Part shown: positions 14,051 through 27,005 of the stretch, piece by piece | Numbering within the stretch: position 1 is the first letter of the stretch | Layout of the letters: the number at the start of each line of letters is the position of its first letter | Assembly (NCBI RefSeq): GCF_006345805.1 | Contig: NC_043017.1 | Span: 6,820,001 to 6,884,000 of the forward strand | Source of the DNA: Octopus sinensis | Taxonomy: Eukaryota | Length of the DNA stretch: 64,000 nt | Direction of reading: 5' to 3' | Program-made: the position numbers and the translations under genes | Notes under the pieces: model-generated | Told to the model about the DNA's origin: nothing | The model's database searches: none | What the model saw: the letters and a program-made list of their open reading frames with translations, nothing else

Positions 14051-14240
14051 AGAGAAGTGAGGGATGTGGATCTAATGAGTAAATGAGCAGTGAGATAACT
14101 GAGGGAATAGGTTCCATGAGCAGATGAGCAGTGGGAGAGTTAAGGGATCTGGACTCAGAAAATGATGAGAATACTTAGAGGCCCAGAGAAGTGAGGGATG
14201 TGGACCTAATGAGTAAATGAGCAGTGAGATAATTGAGAAG
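14051..14240. repeat. About 49-bp direct repeat, period about 135 bp
   Basis: AGAGAAGTGAGGGATGTGGAYCTAATGAGTAAATGAGCAGTGAGATAA occurs twice. Confidence 0.75.
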
Positions 14241-14535
14241 TCTGAGCCCAAAGAGGTCTGCACCCTATGAACAGTAAGAGATCTTCCCTTGTGAGCAGCG
14301 AGGGGTGGACTATAGCCATCACCTGGTTTACCACCATCATCTGGTTTTATTGGATCCCTTCCACGATGTCCTCCCTGTTACAGCCATTCAAGACATTCCT
14401 GGCTTGAGAATATCTTTCTCCCTCTCTCTATCCCTCTCCTTCTCTCTATCTCTTTGTTTTTTTTCTCCCTCTCTCTATCCCTCTCCTTCTCTCAATCTCT
14501 TTGTTCTTCTCCTTCTCTCCCTCTCTCTGTCCCTT

Positions 14536-14593
<58 letters not shown>

Positions 14594-15576
14594 CCTCTTC
14601 TGCTATCCCTCTTCCTTCCTTCACTCTCTTCTGACACTTTCCCTTGCTCGTCACTCCCTCTCTCTTCCTCTCTTCTCACTCTCTCCTCTCCTTTTCTCCC
14701 TCATTTTCTCCCTTTCTCTCCCTCCTTCTTCGCCACCCATTTTCCATCATACAAGAATCAGAGGCCCTGTAAAGGGTTATGGGTGCCGTCTTCCCTTTTC
14801 AGAGAACTAGAGGGTCTAAGACCACCGCCCCCAAGAATTTAGTGAGAACATTGAAGGGAGTTGCTTGGACTAACTGAACAATGAAAGGACTGAAGGTTTT
14901 GGAGGACCCAACAAAGGGAGTACTGATAAGGTGAACCCCTCTCAATATTTGGGGAATAAAGCAAACATTGTGCATGGCCCCCACCAAAGAACCAGGTATT
15001 GGTTGTGGTAGTGAAGGTGGTGGTTGTTAAACTCATACCAAAAATGGAATCGATTTGCAGCTGAGAAGACTTTACCAGGTGAGAATTAATGCGCGGGGCA
15101 TTTTAAAATTTTCTCAGGGATTTATTCTTTGTAAGCGTAGCACCTATTTTATCCGCCTTTTTTGCCGAACCGCTGGATTACGGAGACGTAAACACACCAA
15201 CATTGGTTGTCAAGTGATGGTAGGTTGGAGGGACTAGCACAGACACAAAGACACCCACACATAGATGTATACGACGTGCTTCTTTCAGTTTCGTTTACGA
15301 AAAATTGACCGATTACCTCTGGATTTTCGTGGAATTCGAGTTGCTTTCTTTCTTTTTCTATTTGGTAATTCCACTTGATAATCCGTCGAATGATTTTTCT
15401 ATAAAATTGAGTGTGTCCGCGCGCGCGCGGTAGGGATGCGATGTGAATGTGTGACGCGTGTGTCTCTGTGTGTGTATGTTCGTGAGATATGAGTTGTGTG
15501 CGTTGTGCTTATGATACATGTATATGCCTTCGTTTTTGTCTAATGTGTGTATGTGAAGTGTGTATCTATATGTACG

Positions 15577-15762
15577 TGTGTGACCTCGGCATAGCTGGAA
15601 AACTTGAAGTGTGGTTACATGACTTCCTGAAAGATAGGAGTCAGGCAGTAGTAGTTAATGGAGCCACCTCTATGAACACACAAATAATGAGCGGTGTTCC
15701 ACAGGGCACTGTCTTAGGACCACTACTTTTTATAGTGGCCCTCTCGGATATGCCCTCAAATG
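15577..15762 (+). mobile_element. CR1/L2-group LINE RT fragment
   Basis: CDLGIAGKLEVWLHDFLKDRSQAVVVNG...[23 protein letters not shown]. Confidence 0.9.
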
Positions 15763-16229
15763 CCCGGATAGCATTTGTGAGTGATATATCGTTTGGTTTT
15801 TGGACCGAGGACAGAAAACCGAGCCATCAGCGGGATTCCAACTTCTGATGTCTCGGATTGTTGGCAAGCCGTGTATTTGCTACACAATTTGCTGATCCCT
15901 AAGTGCTCCTCAGATCATCGTTACTCTTATGTATTTTATTGTCTGAAATGGTATGGCACCTCACGGGAGCGCCCCTACATACTAAACACTCCGGCGGCAG
16001 GTAACCAAGTGTTTAATAAAGTGAGTGGAAAAACTTCACTCAAAAGCGATTATCCAAATAATTATTAAGCGAAAACATTATTTGCGAGTGTTTAAAATGT
16101 AAAATGAACACAACAAGCGATGTAGATACCTGCCATGGCATTTGTTGATCAAGATTTTCTTTAACGAATTATGTATGTATGGTCACTGCCTCTCGCTGAA
16201 AGTGATAATAGAAAAATAGAGTAGAATAG

Positions 16230-16428
16230 CGGAGATGTACTTGCATAGCAAGTGATTTGATCTGAGATCGTGTGCTGGAACGAAAACAATTGCAGCGTGG
16301 AAGGTGTTTGTAAGCCATTTAAGAAACACACAAAAGCCGTTCGATTCACTTCAACATTTAAGTCTAATTTGTCAAAGTATTTTCGTCGCTATAAGATCGC
16401 GACTGGTTCACTGACAAAAATCCGTGCT
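16230..16428. mobile_element. Single-arm copy of the element that forms the 29.3-kb foldback
   Basis: Near-identical to 29257-29451. Confidence 0.8.
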
Positions 16429-16455
16429 AGAATAGAATAGACTAGGATAGAATAG

Positions 16456-17917
16456 GATGGGTGGGTGGATGGATGGATGGATGGATGGATGGATGGGTGG
16501 ATGGATGGATGGATGGATGGATGGATGAATGGATGGATGGATGGGTGGGTGGATGGATGGATGGATGGATGGATGGATGGATGGGTGGATGGATGGGTGG
16601 ATGGATGGATGGATGAATGGATGGATGGATGGGTGGGTGGATGGATGGATGGATGGATGGATGGATGGATGGATGGGGGATGGATGGATGGATGGATGGA
16701 TGGGTGGATGGATGGATGGATGGATGGATGGGTGGATGGATGGATGGATGGATGGGTGGATGGATGGATGGATGGATGGATGGGTGGGTGGATGGGTGGA
16801 TGGATCGATGGATGGATGGATGGGTTGATGCATGGATGGATGCATGGATGCATGGATGGATGCATGGATGCATAGATGGGTGGGTGGGTGGATGGATGGA
16901 TGGATGCATGGATGCATGGATGCATGGATAGATGGATGGATGCATGGATGGATGGGTGGGTGGATGGATGGATAGATGGATGGATGCATGGATGCATGGA
17001 TGGATGGATGGATGGATGGGTGGATGGATGGATGGGTGGATGGATGCATGGATGGATGGATGGGTGGATGGATGCATGGATGGATGGATGGGTGGATGGA
17101 TGGATGGATGGATGGATGGATGGATGGATGGATGGATGGATGGATGGATGGGTGGGTGGATGGGTGGATGCATGGATGCATGGATGGATGGATGGATGGA
17201 TGGATGGGTGGATGGATGGATGGATGGATGGATGGGTGGGTGGATGGATGGATGGATGGATGGATGGGTGGGTGGATGGGTGGATGCATGGATGCATGGA
17301 TGGATGGATGGATGGATGGGTGGGTGGATGGATGCATGGATGCATGGATGGGTGGATGGATGGATGGATGGATGGATGGATGGATGGATGGGTGGGTGGA
17401 TGGATGGATAGATGGATGGATGGGTGGATGTATGGATGGATGGGTGGATGGATGGATGGATGCATGGATGGATGGATGCATGCATGCATGCCAGGATGGA
17501 TGGATGGGTGGATGGATGGATGGGTGGATGGATGGATGGATGGATGGATGGATGGGTGGATGGATGGATGGGTGGATGGATGGATGGTTGGATGGATGGA
17601 TGGATGGATGGATGGGTGGATGGATGGATGGATGGATGGATGGGTGGGTGGGTGGATGGATGGATGGATGGGTGGGTGGATGGATGGATGGATGGATGGA
17701 TGGATGGTTGGATGGATGGATGGATGGATGGTTGGATGGATGGATGGATGGATGGATGGATGGATGGATGGATGGATGGATGGATGGATGGATGGATGGA
17801 TGGATGGATGGATGGATGGATGGATGGGTGGATGGATGGATGGATGGATGGATGGATGGATGGGTGGATGGATGGATGGATGGATGGATCGGTGGATGGA
17901 TGGATGGATGGATGGAT
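16456..17917. repeat. About 1.46 kb (GGAT)n microsatellite with GGGT/GCAT variants
   Basis: Visible directly in the sequence. Confidence 0.97.
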
Positions 17918-18399
17918 GAGCCATCTGTTCGTCGTACGGTTGCGGCGGCATTATCTGACCAAGAGTCTCCGGTTACTGCAGCCTTTATCTCCGCCATGTC
18001 ATAACCAGTTCCACACGATGATAACACTGTAATTGCTTAGATTACATAGCAATCACTCGTGTTTCGCTGATTATCAGTTGCCTAAACAAAACCAATGGAA
18101 GAACTAGCAATGATATAACGTTTATGCGCGTCTGTATGTGCGTGTGTGTGTGATGTGCGCGTGTGTGTTGTGTGTGTGTGTGTGTGTGTATGTGAGTGTG
18201 TGTGTGTGTGTGTGTGAGTGTGTGTGTGTGAGTGTGTTTGTGTGTGAGTGTGTTTGTGTGTGAGTGTGTGTGTGTGTGAATATGTGTGTGTGTGAGTGTG
18301 TGTGTGTGAGTGTGTGTGTGTGAGTGTGAGTGTGTGTGTGTGAGTGTGTGTGATGTATGTGTGTGCGTGTGTGTGTGTGTGCGTGTGTGTTATTCTTCT

Positions 18400-18785
18400 T
18401 TTATTCTTGTTTTAGTCATTTTGACTGCGGCCATACTGGAGCACCGACTTAAAAGGTATTTTTTTTTAGTCAAAGCAATCGACCTCGGGACTTATTCTTT
18501 GTAAGTGTAGCACCTTTTTTAGCCGCCTTTTTTGCCGAACCGCTGGATTACGGAGACGTAAACACACCAACATTGGTTGTCAAGAGTGATGGTAGGTTGG
18601 GGGGGACGAGCACAGACACAAAGACACCCACACATAGATGTATACGATGTGCTTCTTTCAGTTTCCGTCAACCAAATCCACTCACAAGGCCTTGGTCGGT
18701 CCGAGGCTACAGTAGAAGACACTTGTTCAAGGGACTGAACCTGGAACAATGTGGTAGGAAAGCAAACTTCTAACCCCACAACCAT
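18400..18785 (-). mobile_element. SINE-B variant; partial near-identical copy at 15120-15295
   Basis: Standard SINE-B layout with distinctive variants shared between the two copies. Confidence 0.85.
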
Positions 18786-19229
18786 GCCTTTCGCATATCA
18801 ATATAAACATATATTACGTACACCACACACACACACACACACACACTCACACACACACACATACACTCACACACACACACACACTCACACACACACACAC
18901 TCACACACACACACATACTCACACACACACACTCACATACACACACTCACACACACACACACTCACACACATATACTCACACACACACACACTCACACAC
19001 AAACACACTACACACACATACACACACTCACACACACACACATACTCACACACACACACACACTCACACACACACACACTCACACACTCTCACACACACA
19101 CACACACTCACTCACACACACACACTCACACACACATTCACACACACTCACACACACTCACTCACACATACACACTCAACACACACACACACTCACATAC
19201 ACATATTTACAGGCACAGGCGTGACTGCT

Positions 19230-19690
19230 GCACTCTGTGGTCTCCCCATACAAAACAAGACATCTCGAAAATCGAGTCACCCCAGGGATTATTCACTAAA
19301 AGAATTAAGGGAGTGACTGATCTCGATTATTGGGACCGCCTTAAAGCATTGAAATTCTATTCTCCCCAGCGCCGCCGTGAGCGATACATCAATTGCACGA
19401 TATGGAAACTATACCTATTTCTTTATTACCCACAAGGGGCTAAACATAGAGGGGACAAACAAGACAGACATAGGTATTAAGTCGATTACATCGACCTCAG
19501 TGCGTAACTGGTACTTAATTTATCGACCCCGCGAAAATATACCACCAGCATTGCCCAGGCGACTTCAGAATTAGCTTCAAAATTCATCCAAGGCTAGGAC
19601 CTGGGGCCATACGTCCCCTACCCAATTCAGGATCACAACATAAAAATACACTGTAACACAATTTCTTTTCCTCAACAGGCCCTGCTGAGG
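19230..19690 (+). mobile_element. CR1/L2-group LINE C-terminal fragment with nested SINE-A (19416-19530)
   Basis: QDISKIESPQGLFTKRIKGVTDLDYWDRLKALKFYSPQRRRERY | SINE | KIYHQHCP...HPRLGP. Confidence 0.88.
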
Positions 19691-20043
19691 CTATAGTAGA
19701 AGATACTTGCCCGAGGTGCCACACAGTGGGACTGAACTTGGAACCATGTAGTTAGTAAGCAAGCTTCTTTATTTCATTACATTTGCCATGAAGGCAGTAC
19801 ATAGAGTAAAGTAGCGTTGCGGGCTGGACGAGGACATTAATGAAATGAATGATAATGAAAGAAAGATGATAAGGATGGGAGAAGACAAAAAGCGCCCGCC
19901 GACTTCTGCTTCTCTAAAACATTGTTCTTTAAAACCAAACACAAAACGAGGTATTAAACCTCTCACAACTTTTACAACTTTTCAATTTTTGGACTTAACA
20001 GTCTTACCAAACAACTAGGCCTGCGCCTATTTATCTGTCTACC

Positions 20044-20275
20044 TATTTCTTTATTACCCACAAGGGGCTAAACACAGAGCGGACAAACAAGGACAGACAT
20101 GGGTATTAAGTCGATTACATCGACCCCAGTACGTAACTGGTACTTAATTTATCGGCTCCGAAAGGATGAAAGGCAAAGTCGACCTCGGCGGAATTTGAAC
20201 TCACAACATAACGGCAGACGAAATACCGCTATGCATTTCGCCCGGCGTGCTAACGTTTCTGCCAGCTCGCCGCCT
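20044..20275 (-). mobile_element. SINE-A, tail type 1, full length
   Basis: 14-bp TSD TTTATCTGTCTACC at 20030-20043 and 20276-20289. Confidence 0.92.
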
Positions 20276-20808
20276 TTTATCTGTCTACCGTTTATCTTTT
20301 GCTGTTCATCATCAATTTACTCATAAGCGCTCCAACCGTGGCCAATGCCCAACGTTTTCTTATCGTAGTGTAATTAAGTGATTTTTGATATCGGAGTTAT
20401 TCTCCATGGCTTTTCTTTCCTTATCGATCTTATTGATCGTCTTACTAAATCAAACAAATACATTTCGAATCGATATCACAGTATTGGCTAGACTGTCTGG
20501 TGATGTTATACATCGCTGATCACAATACGCTTTCATGCATTGTTGCAGCTTTCGAATAACCCTCACCCTGCTGGTTTGGCAGACAGGCAGGCCAAGGAAT
20601 CCCCCCCATCCCACCTCTGGACAGAGCACTAATCGATCACAGGTTTCCCATGTACCCGGGCAATGTGAAGGGAAGTGATTTTGCTCATGAACCAAACGCA
20701 CCGCCCGGTCTGGGAATCGAAACTACCATCTTGTGAGCAATATCCTGACCAACAGGCCATGTGCCTTCACTAAATCAATATATGAATGTGTGTGGGGGGG
20801 TGGGGGGG

Positions 20809-21528
20809 TCAGGTACGACGGTCAGGCGGTAGTAGATGACGGACGCGATGTACGTGTTCGCCACCTCCGCCCGACCTTTTTGGGACAGTTTCTTCTCGGC
20901 CCATTGCCGGGCGAGAGTGACCACCCTACTCGTTATCTCGTTCCAGTTCTTCTCCACTTGGAGGTCCGGACCAAACCAGACCCCGAGCAACTCTACCGGG
21001 CCGTCGGTCCAGCGTCCCACGACGGAGGCGCTGGTGGACGGCATGGGCTTGCTTCTCCAGGTGCCTAGTCGCAAGCCCACTGACTTTTCCCGGTTGATTT
21101 TCGCTCCTGTCACCGCTTCGTAGTTTTTCAGTGTCTCGCCGACCTGCTCAATGTGCTCGTGGCTAGACACTATGACGGTGACGTCGTCCGCGTATGCAGA
21201 CACGCTCGTCCCGCATCCCAGTTCTCGCGGGATGCCCCCTCAAAGTTGCTAGCTTCCGCAATAATGGCTCGAGAATCAATACGTATAGAAACGACGAGAG
21301 GGGGCATCCCTGACGGACCGAACGTGCGATGTCGAAGGGTCTCGATAGATGTCCATTCACGCGAATTACCGAACGGATGCCTCTGTACAAAGCGGCTATC
21401 CAGCCGCGGAAGACGGGACCGAAGCCAGCCGCTCTGAGGACCGCCACCAAGTATCGATGGTCTACCCTATCGAAAGCTTTCGATTGATCCAAATTGATCA
21501 GCGCCTCACCCATGCCAGGTTCGTTAAC
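20809..21528 (-). mobile_element. Tx1/L1-clade LINE ORF2 RT fragment
   Basis: [16 protein letters not shown]...SVRQGCPLS...AYADDVTV...GAKINREKS...LGVWFG; GC-rich; 5' end abuts (TCTA)n at 21532-21680. Confidence 0.93.
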
Positions 21529-21531
21529 TAC

Positions 21532-21604
<73 letters not shown>

Positions 21605-21609
21605 CAGAT

Positions 21610-21680
<71 letters not shown>

Positions 21681-21945
21681 TTGATTTAGAGGATAAGCAT
21701 GATTTAGTGGCTAGGGCGTTGTACTCACGATTGCGAGATCGTGGTTTCGATTCCCAGACAGGGAGTAAGCGAAATTCTTAGCAGCATTTCATTTGTCAGA
21801 AACCATGGTCTAGGAATTAAATTAGATGGTAAATTAGATGGTATTTTAATTTTTTAGTGATTTGAGTTTTCTACTGCTCTTTCTAGCGCAAAGCTTTCCT
21901 ATGATGGAAGCCTCTTAATGTTTTTGAATGTACACGATATTTTAT

Positions 21946-22056
<111 letters not shown>

Positions 22057-22805
22057 GCGATATTTATATAAATATTTATATTCATAAGTATATGTATAAA
22101 TATGCATGTATGTATATATGTCCCTGTACATATGCATATACTTATATGCAGGAATATGTATATGTATGCATATACAGATATATATATTATTTTATTGTTT
22201 ACATACATATTTCTATGCATATACGTATGTATGCATATATATACATGCATATCTATATACATGTATATACCTGTCTGTGTGTATGTACTTATGTATGAAT
22301 GAATGTATGAATGTATGCATGCATGGATGTATGTATCTATGCATGTATGTATGTATGTATGTATGTATGTATTATGTATGTATGTATGTATGTGTCTATG
22401 TATAAATTTTCTTTGCTGCTCACTCCCACACTTATGTCGGACGAAATAATTCTCTTTCTGTGATAGATTACGAACCAAATTTAGGTAACTAGTTAAAAGG
22501 CCGAGAAAAAAAAAGTGAAGGTTTTGGTGGGTTTAAAACTTTATCAATACAACGAGAGTCTTTCATATTTTTCTATAAATATGGCACCGAGAAAGAAAAA
22601 CAAAAATACACTGTGGTTTGAAGAATAGTTTCTATTATGGCATTTGGTGGCGGTAAATCCACACTTTCCAAGACCTTGCTATCGCAAACTGCACGCCGAA
22701 AGGGGTGGTGTTTATCTTTAGCACGGCTCCGAATATCGTAATCGCCTTTATGAATAATATATACATACATACATACATACATATATACATATATACATAT
22801 ATATA

Positions 22806-22848
<43 letters not shown>

Positions 22849-22859
22849 CACACACACAC

Positions 22860-22944
<85 letters not shown>

Positions 22945-23328
22945 CTTTTATTCTTTCATATCTTTCAGTCATTTGACTGCGGCCATGCTGGGACACCGCC
23001 TCTAGTCGAACAAATCGACCCCAGGTCTTATTCTTTGTGAGCCTAGTTCTTATTCTATCGGTCTTTTTTGCCGGGGGGCGCAAACACACCGACATCGGTT
23101 GCTGTCAAGCGATGGTAGGGGGATAAGCACAGACACACAAATACAATCATATGGGTATATATGTACGACGAGCTTCTTTCAGTTTCCATCTAACAAATCC
23201 ACTCATAAGCTTTTGGTCGGCCCGATGCTATAGTAGAAGACACTTGCCCATGGTGCCATGCAGTGGGACTGAACCCGGAACCATGCGGTTGGGAAGCAAG
23301 CATTTTACCACACGGCCACTCCTGCGCT

Positions 23329-23330
<2 letters not shown>
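22945..23330 (-). mobile_element. SINE-B
   Basis: Head, body and tail match the other copies. Confidence 0.85.
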
Positions 23331-23382
<52 letters not shown>

Positions 23383-23484
23383 GAGGAGAGAGAGAGAGAG
23401 GGGGGGAGAGGAGAGAGTGCGAGAAAGTGGTGTGTGTGTGTAGAGAGAGAGAGCGAGAGAGAGGTGCAGGAAGAGTACACATAT

Positions 23485-23698
23485 TACGGTCTGCTGAAAG
23501 GTTCCTGGCTTTAAAGGTGTCGCGAAGGGCCAGGCTGGAGGCTCAGCCTTCCGTGTTCTTATAAAAGGCTTAGAAAAACTGAACGCCGGCTGCAATAAGT
23601 GTGTGAATCTGAGAAGGGAATATGTTGAATGAAATCATAATTAACGGATCCTCCTGGATTTTCTTTTACCCAAAACCAGGAACTTTTCTGCACCCTTT
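23485..23698 (+). mobile_element. Internally deleted mariner (MITE-like); second copy at 55523-55729
   Basis: TIR-like ends TACGG..TGCTGAAAGGTTCCTGG / CCAGGAACTTTTCTGCACCC; retains the transposase C-terminus CNKCVNLRREYVE*. Confidence 0.8.
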
Positions 23699-23715
23699 GC
23701 CTACTAAGCTTGGCG

Positions 23716-23752
<37 letters not shown>

Positions 23753-23784
23753 TGCGCACGCAAGACAAAGGATCGTAAAAACCG

Positions 23785-24700
23785 ACACCACCACAACTAC
23801 AACCATTGCCACCACCATCACCACTACTATCTTAAACACCACCACCACCACACCACCACTACTACCAACACTACCATGACCACCACCACAACAACAACCA
23901 TTACCACCACCATCACCACTACTATCTTAAACACCACCACCACCACCACCACTACTACTACCAACACTACCATGACCACCACCACAACTACAACCATTAC
24001 CACCACCATCACCACTACTATCTTAAACACCACCACCACCACCAGCATTACTACCACCACTACCATGACCACCACCACAACTACAACCATTACCACCACC
24101 ATCACCACTACTATCTTAAACACCACCACCACCACCAGCATTACTACCACCACTACCATGACCACCACCACAACTACAACCATTACCACCACCATCACAC
24201 TACTATCTTAAACACCACCACCACCACCACATTACTACCACACTACCATGACCACCACCACAACTACAACCATTACACCACCATCACCACTACTGTCTTA
24301 AACACCACCACCACCACCAGCATACTACCACCACTACCATGACCACCACCACAACTACAACCATTACCACCACCATCACACCACTACTATCTTAAACACC
24401 ACCACCACCACCAGCATTACTACCACACTACCATGACCACCACCACAACTACAACCATTACACCACCATCACCACTACTACTTAAACACCACCACCACCA
24501 CCAGCATTACTACCACCACTACCATGACCACCACCACAACTACAACCATTACCACCACCATCACCACTACTATCTTAAACACCACCACCACCACCAGCAT
24601 TACTACCACCACTACCATGACCACCACCACAACAACAACCATTACCACCACCATCACCACTACTATCTCAAACAACACCACCACCACACCCAACATCAAC
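23785..24700. repeat. Minisatellite, about 93-bp unit built from ACC/ACT triplets, about 10 copies
   Basis: The landmark ATCTTAAAC recurs at about 90-100 bp spacing. Confidence 0.9.
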
Positions 24701-24967
24701 AACAACAGCCTTCATTGCATTGCAGCAGGTAAAAGAGAAGAGATGTCAGCAATATCGAAGTGCCCCCCACCCCACCCCACCCCCGACCCCAGCACCAGAG
24801 ATTGAGGTTCACGAAAGATCCTGTATTAAAATCTAAGTGGAAGCTCTTCTTCTTCCAGACATGTTGCTGCTATTTCAAAATGCCTCTACAATTACTCACG
24901 CAAACAAAAACCGGGTCCCTAATTCTAGAGAAAATCGGTCGTATTAGATATGTTGTTGTTGTTGTTG

Positions 24968-25009
<42 letters not shown>

Positions 25010-25691
25010 CCAGGCCTCACGAAAGCCTAATCGAACAGGTAGGTCTATGATCGAAGACATCCAGTCGTGACCAACCCATCTTTTTTATTCAGTGACATCT
25101 ATATAAAAATAACAGCCAACAGAAGCGTTGGCTGGTTGACTGGTCGGCTGGTTGGTTGGTTGGTTTGTCGGTTGGTCGTGGATCGGCTGGTTGGCTGGTT
25201 TGTCGGTTGGTCATTGAAATAGACAAGTCACATGATCTCGATGACATTGGGATCTGCTCGGTTTCATTTGGTTAATGATGCTGAAATCATTTGAGCATTT
25301 TGTCCCAAAAAATGCATTCCTCCTTACCAAATGAAGATATCAAAATTTACAAAATAAAGTTGAAAATTTACTGAAAGATGCCAATCTAAATTTAACGCTT
25401 TCCAATTTTGAATGGAAAAGTTTGGAATGTTTTACAACAGACCATATGGAAAAGTTTCTAACGGGGTTATTGAAAATAGAATTTACCACTCTGGTCCAAG
25501 ATTTAAGAAATATTCAATATTTATCTTGAAAAAGTATTAGATTCTGACATTTTTGCCATAATGAAGTCAATAAGGTCAAGTAAAATGACACCAGCTGAAT
25601 TAAAAGCATTCAAAATAATGATAAAGAACTTGAAGGAAACCTTTCAATGATGGCAAATGTGAAAGGTTTCAAGCAATTTTGGCAAATTATT

Positions 25692-25856
25692 CAGGAGTGG
25701 CTGTGTGGTAAGTAGCTTGCTAACCAACCACATGGTTCCGGGTTCAGTCCCACTGCGTGGCATCTTGGGCAAGTGTCTTCTGCTATAGCCCCGGGCCGAC
25801 CAATGCCTTGTGAGTGGATTTGGTAGACGGAAACTGAAAGAAGCCTGTCGTATATA

Positions 25857-25913
<57 letters not shown>

Positions 25914-26108
25914 GTGTTTGTGTGTCTGTGTTTGTCCCCCTAGCATTGCTTGACAACCGATGCTGGTGTGTTTTATGTCCCCGTAACTTAGCGGTTCGGC
26001 AAAAGAGACCGATAGAATAAGTACTGGGCTTACAAAGAATAAGTCCCGGGGTCGATTTGCTCGACTAAAGGCGGTGCTCCAGCATGGCCGCAGTAAAAGA
26101 GTAAAAGA
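25692..26108 (+). mobile_element. SINE-B, full length
   Basis: Standard head, (TA)n(TG)n core, GTAAAAGA tail. Confidence 0.9.
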
Positions 26109-26622
26109 GATTTGAATGCTATGAATGAAGAATTTGTCCCAACAGAATTTTGTCATGCGCTGAATATTTTGGTCAGACTTGAGAACCTCCCCTACCTGTC
26201 TGGACTATATTTAACCTGTTCCAATTTATAAATATTTCTCTCGGCTTTAACTCCGACTCTGAGTAGGCTTTAAAGGGTGAGATTCGCTTGAATATATTCC
26301 GAAGCGGAATAGTCAAACGAAATTACGCCCGTCCGGACCAAGGGAGGTAACTCATGTCATACACAACACAGGAAAGTCGATTACTTGCTAAATTTGATGC
26401 CAGCCCGCTCGAGTTTACCCCTACCACTGATGCAAACTCTATATTTTTGTGATGTACTCATTTGTCTTGGCTGCGGCCATGCTGGAACACCACCTTGCAG
26501 GGTTTTTTTAGTCAAATAAATCGACCCCAGAACTTTATGCTAGAAGTTAGGAAGTTATGGGGATGTAAACACATCAATACTAACTTTAACGGTGATTGGG
26601 AGCGGGGACCGATACAAGGGTG

Positions 26623-27005
26623 GAGGCGCAATGGCCCAGTGGTTAGGGCAGCGGACTCGCGGTCGTAGGATCGCGATTTCGATTCCCAGACCGGGTGTTG
26701 TGAGTGTTTATTGAGCGAAAACACCTAAAGCTCCACGAGGCTCCGGCAGGGGATGGTGGTGATCCCTGCTGTACTCTTTCACCACAACTTTCTCTCACTC
26801 TTACTTCCTGTTTCTGTTGTATCTGTATTTCAAAGGGCCGGCCTTGTCATTCTCTGTGTCACGCTGAATATCCCCGAGAACTACGTTAAGGGTGCACGTG
26901 TCTGTGGAGTGCTCAGCCACTTACACGTTAATTTCACGAGCAGGCTGTTCCGTTGATTCGGATCAACCGGAACCCTCGTCGTCGTAACCGACGGAGTGCT
27001 TCCAA
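26623..27005 (+). mobile_element. SINE-C, tail type 1 (long)
   Basis: A/B boxes TGGCCCAGTGG / TTCGATTCC; inverted copy at 48944-49324. Confidence 0.9.

Noticed and set aside
19815-19950. Protein-like + frame (RCGLDEDINEMNDNERKMIRMGEDKKRPPTSAS...) ending at G|GTATTA
   Set aside because: No polypyrimidine acceptor, and upstream AG options give stops.
22636-22740. GGGKSTLSKTL P-loop-like peptide
   Set aside because: It does not fit [AG]x4GK[ST], the frame is short and closed, and there are no splice sites.
26623-26700. tRNA genes at SINE heads (also 2137, 46620, 58557)
   Set aside because: A/B boxes run directly into SINE bodies, several with TSDs, and no convincing cloverleaf was seen.
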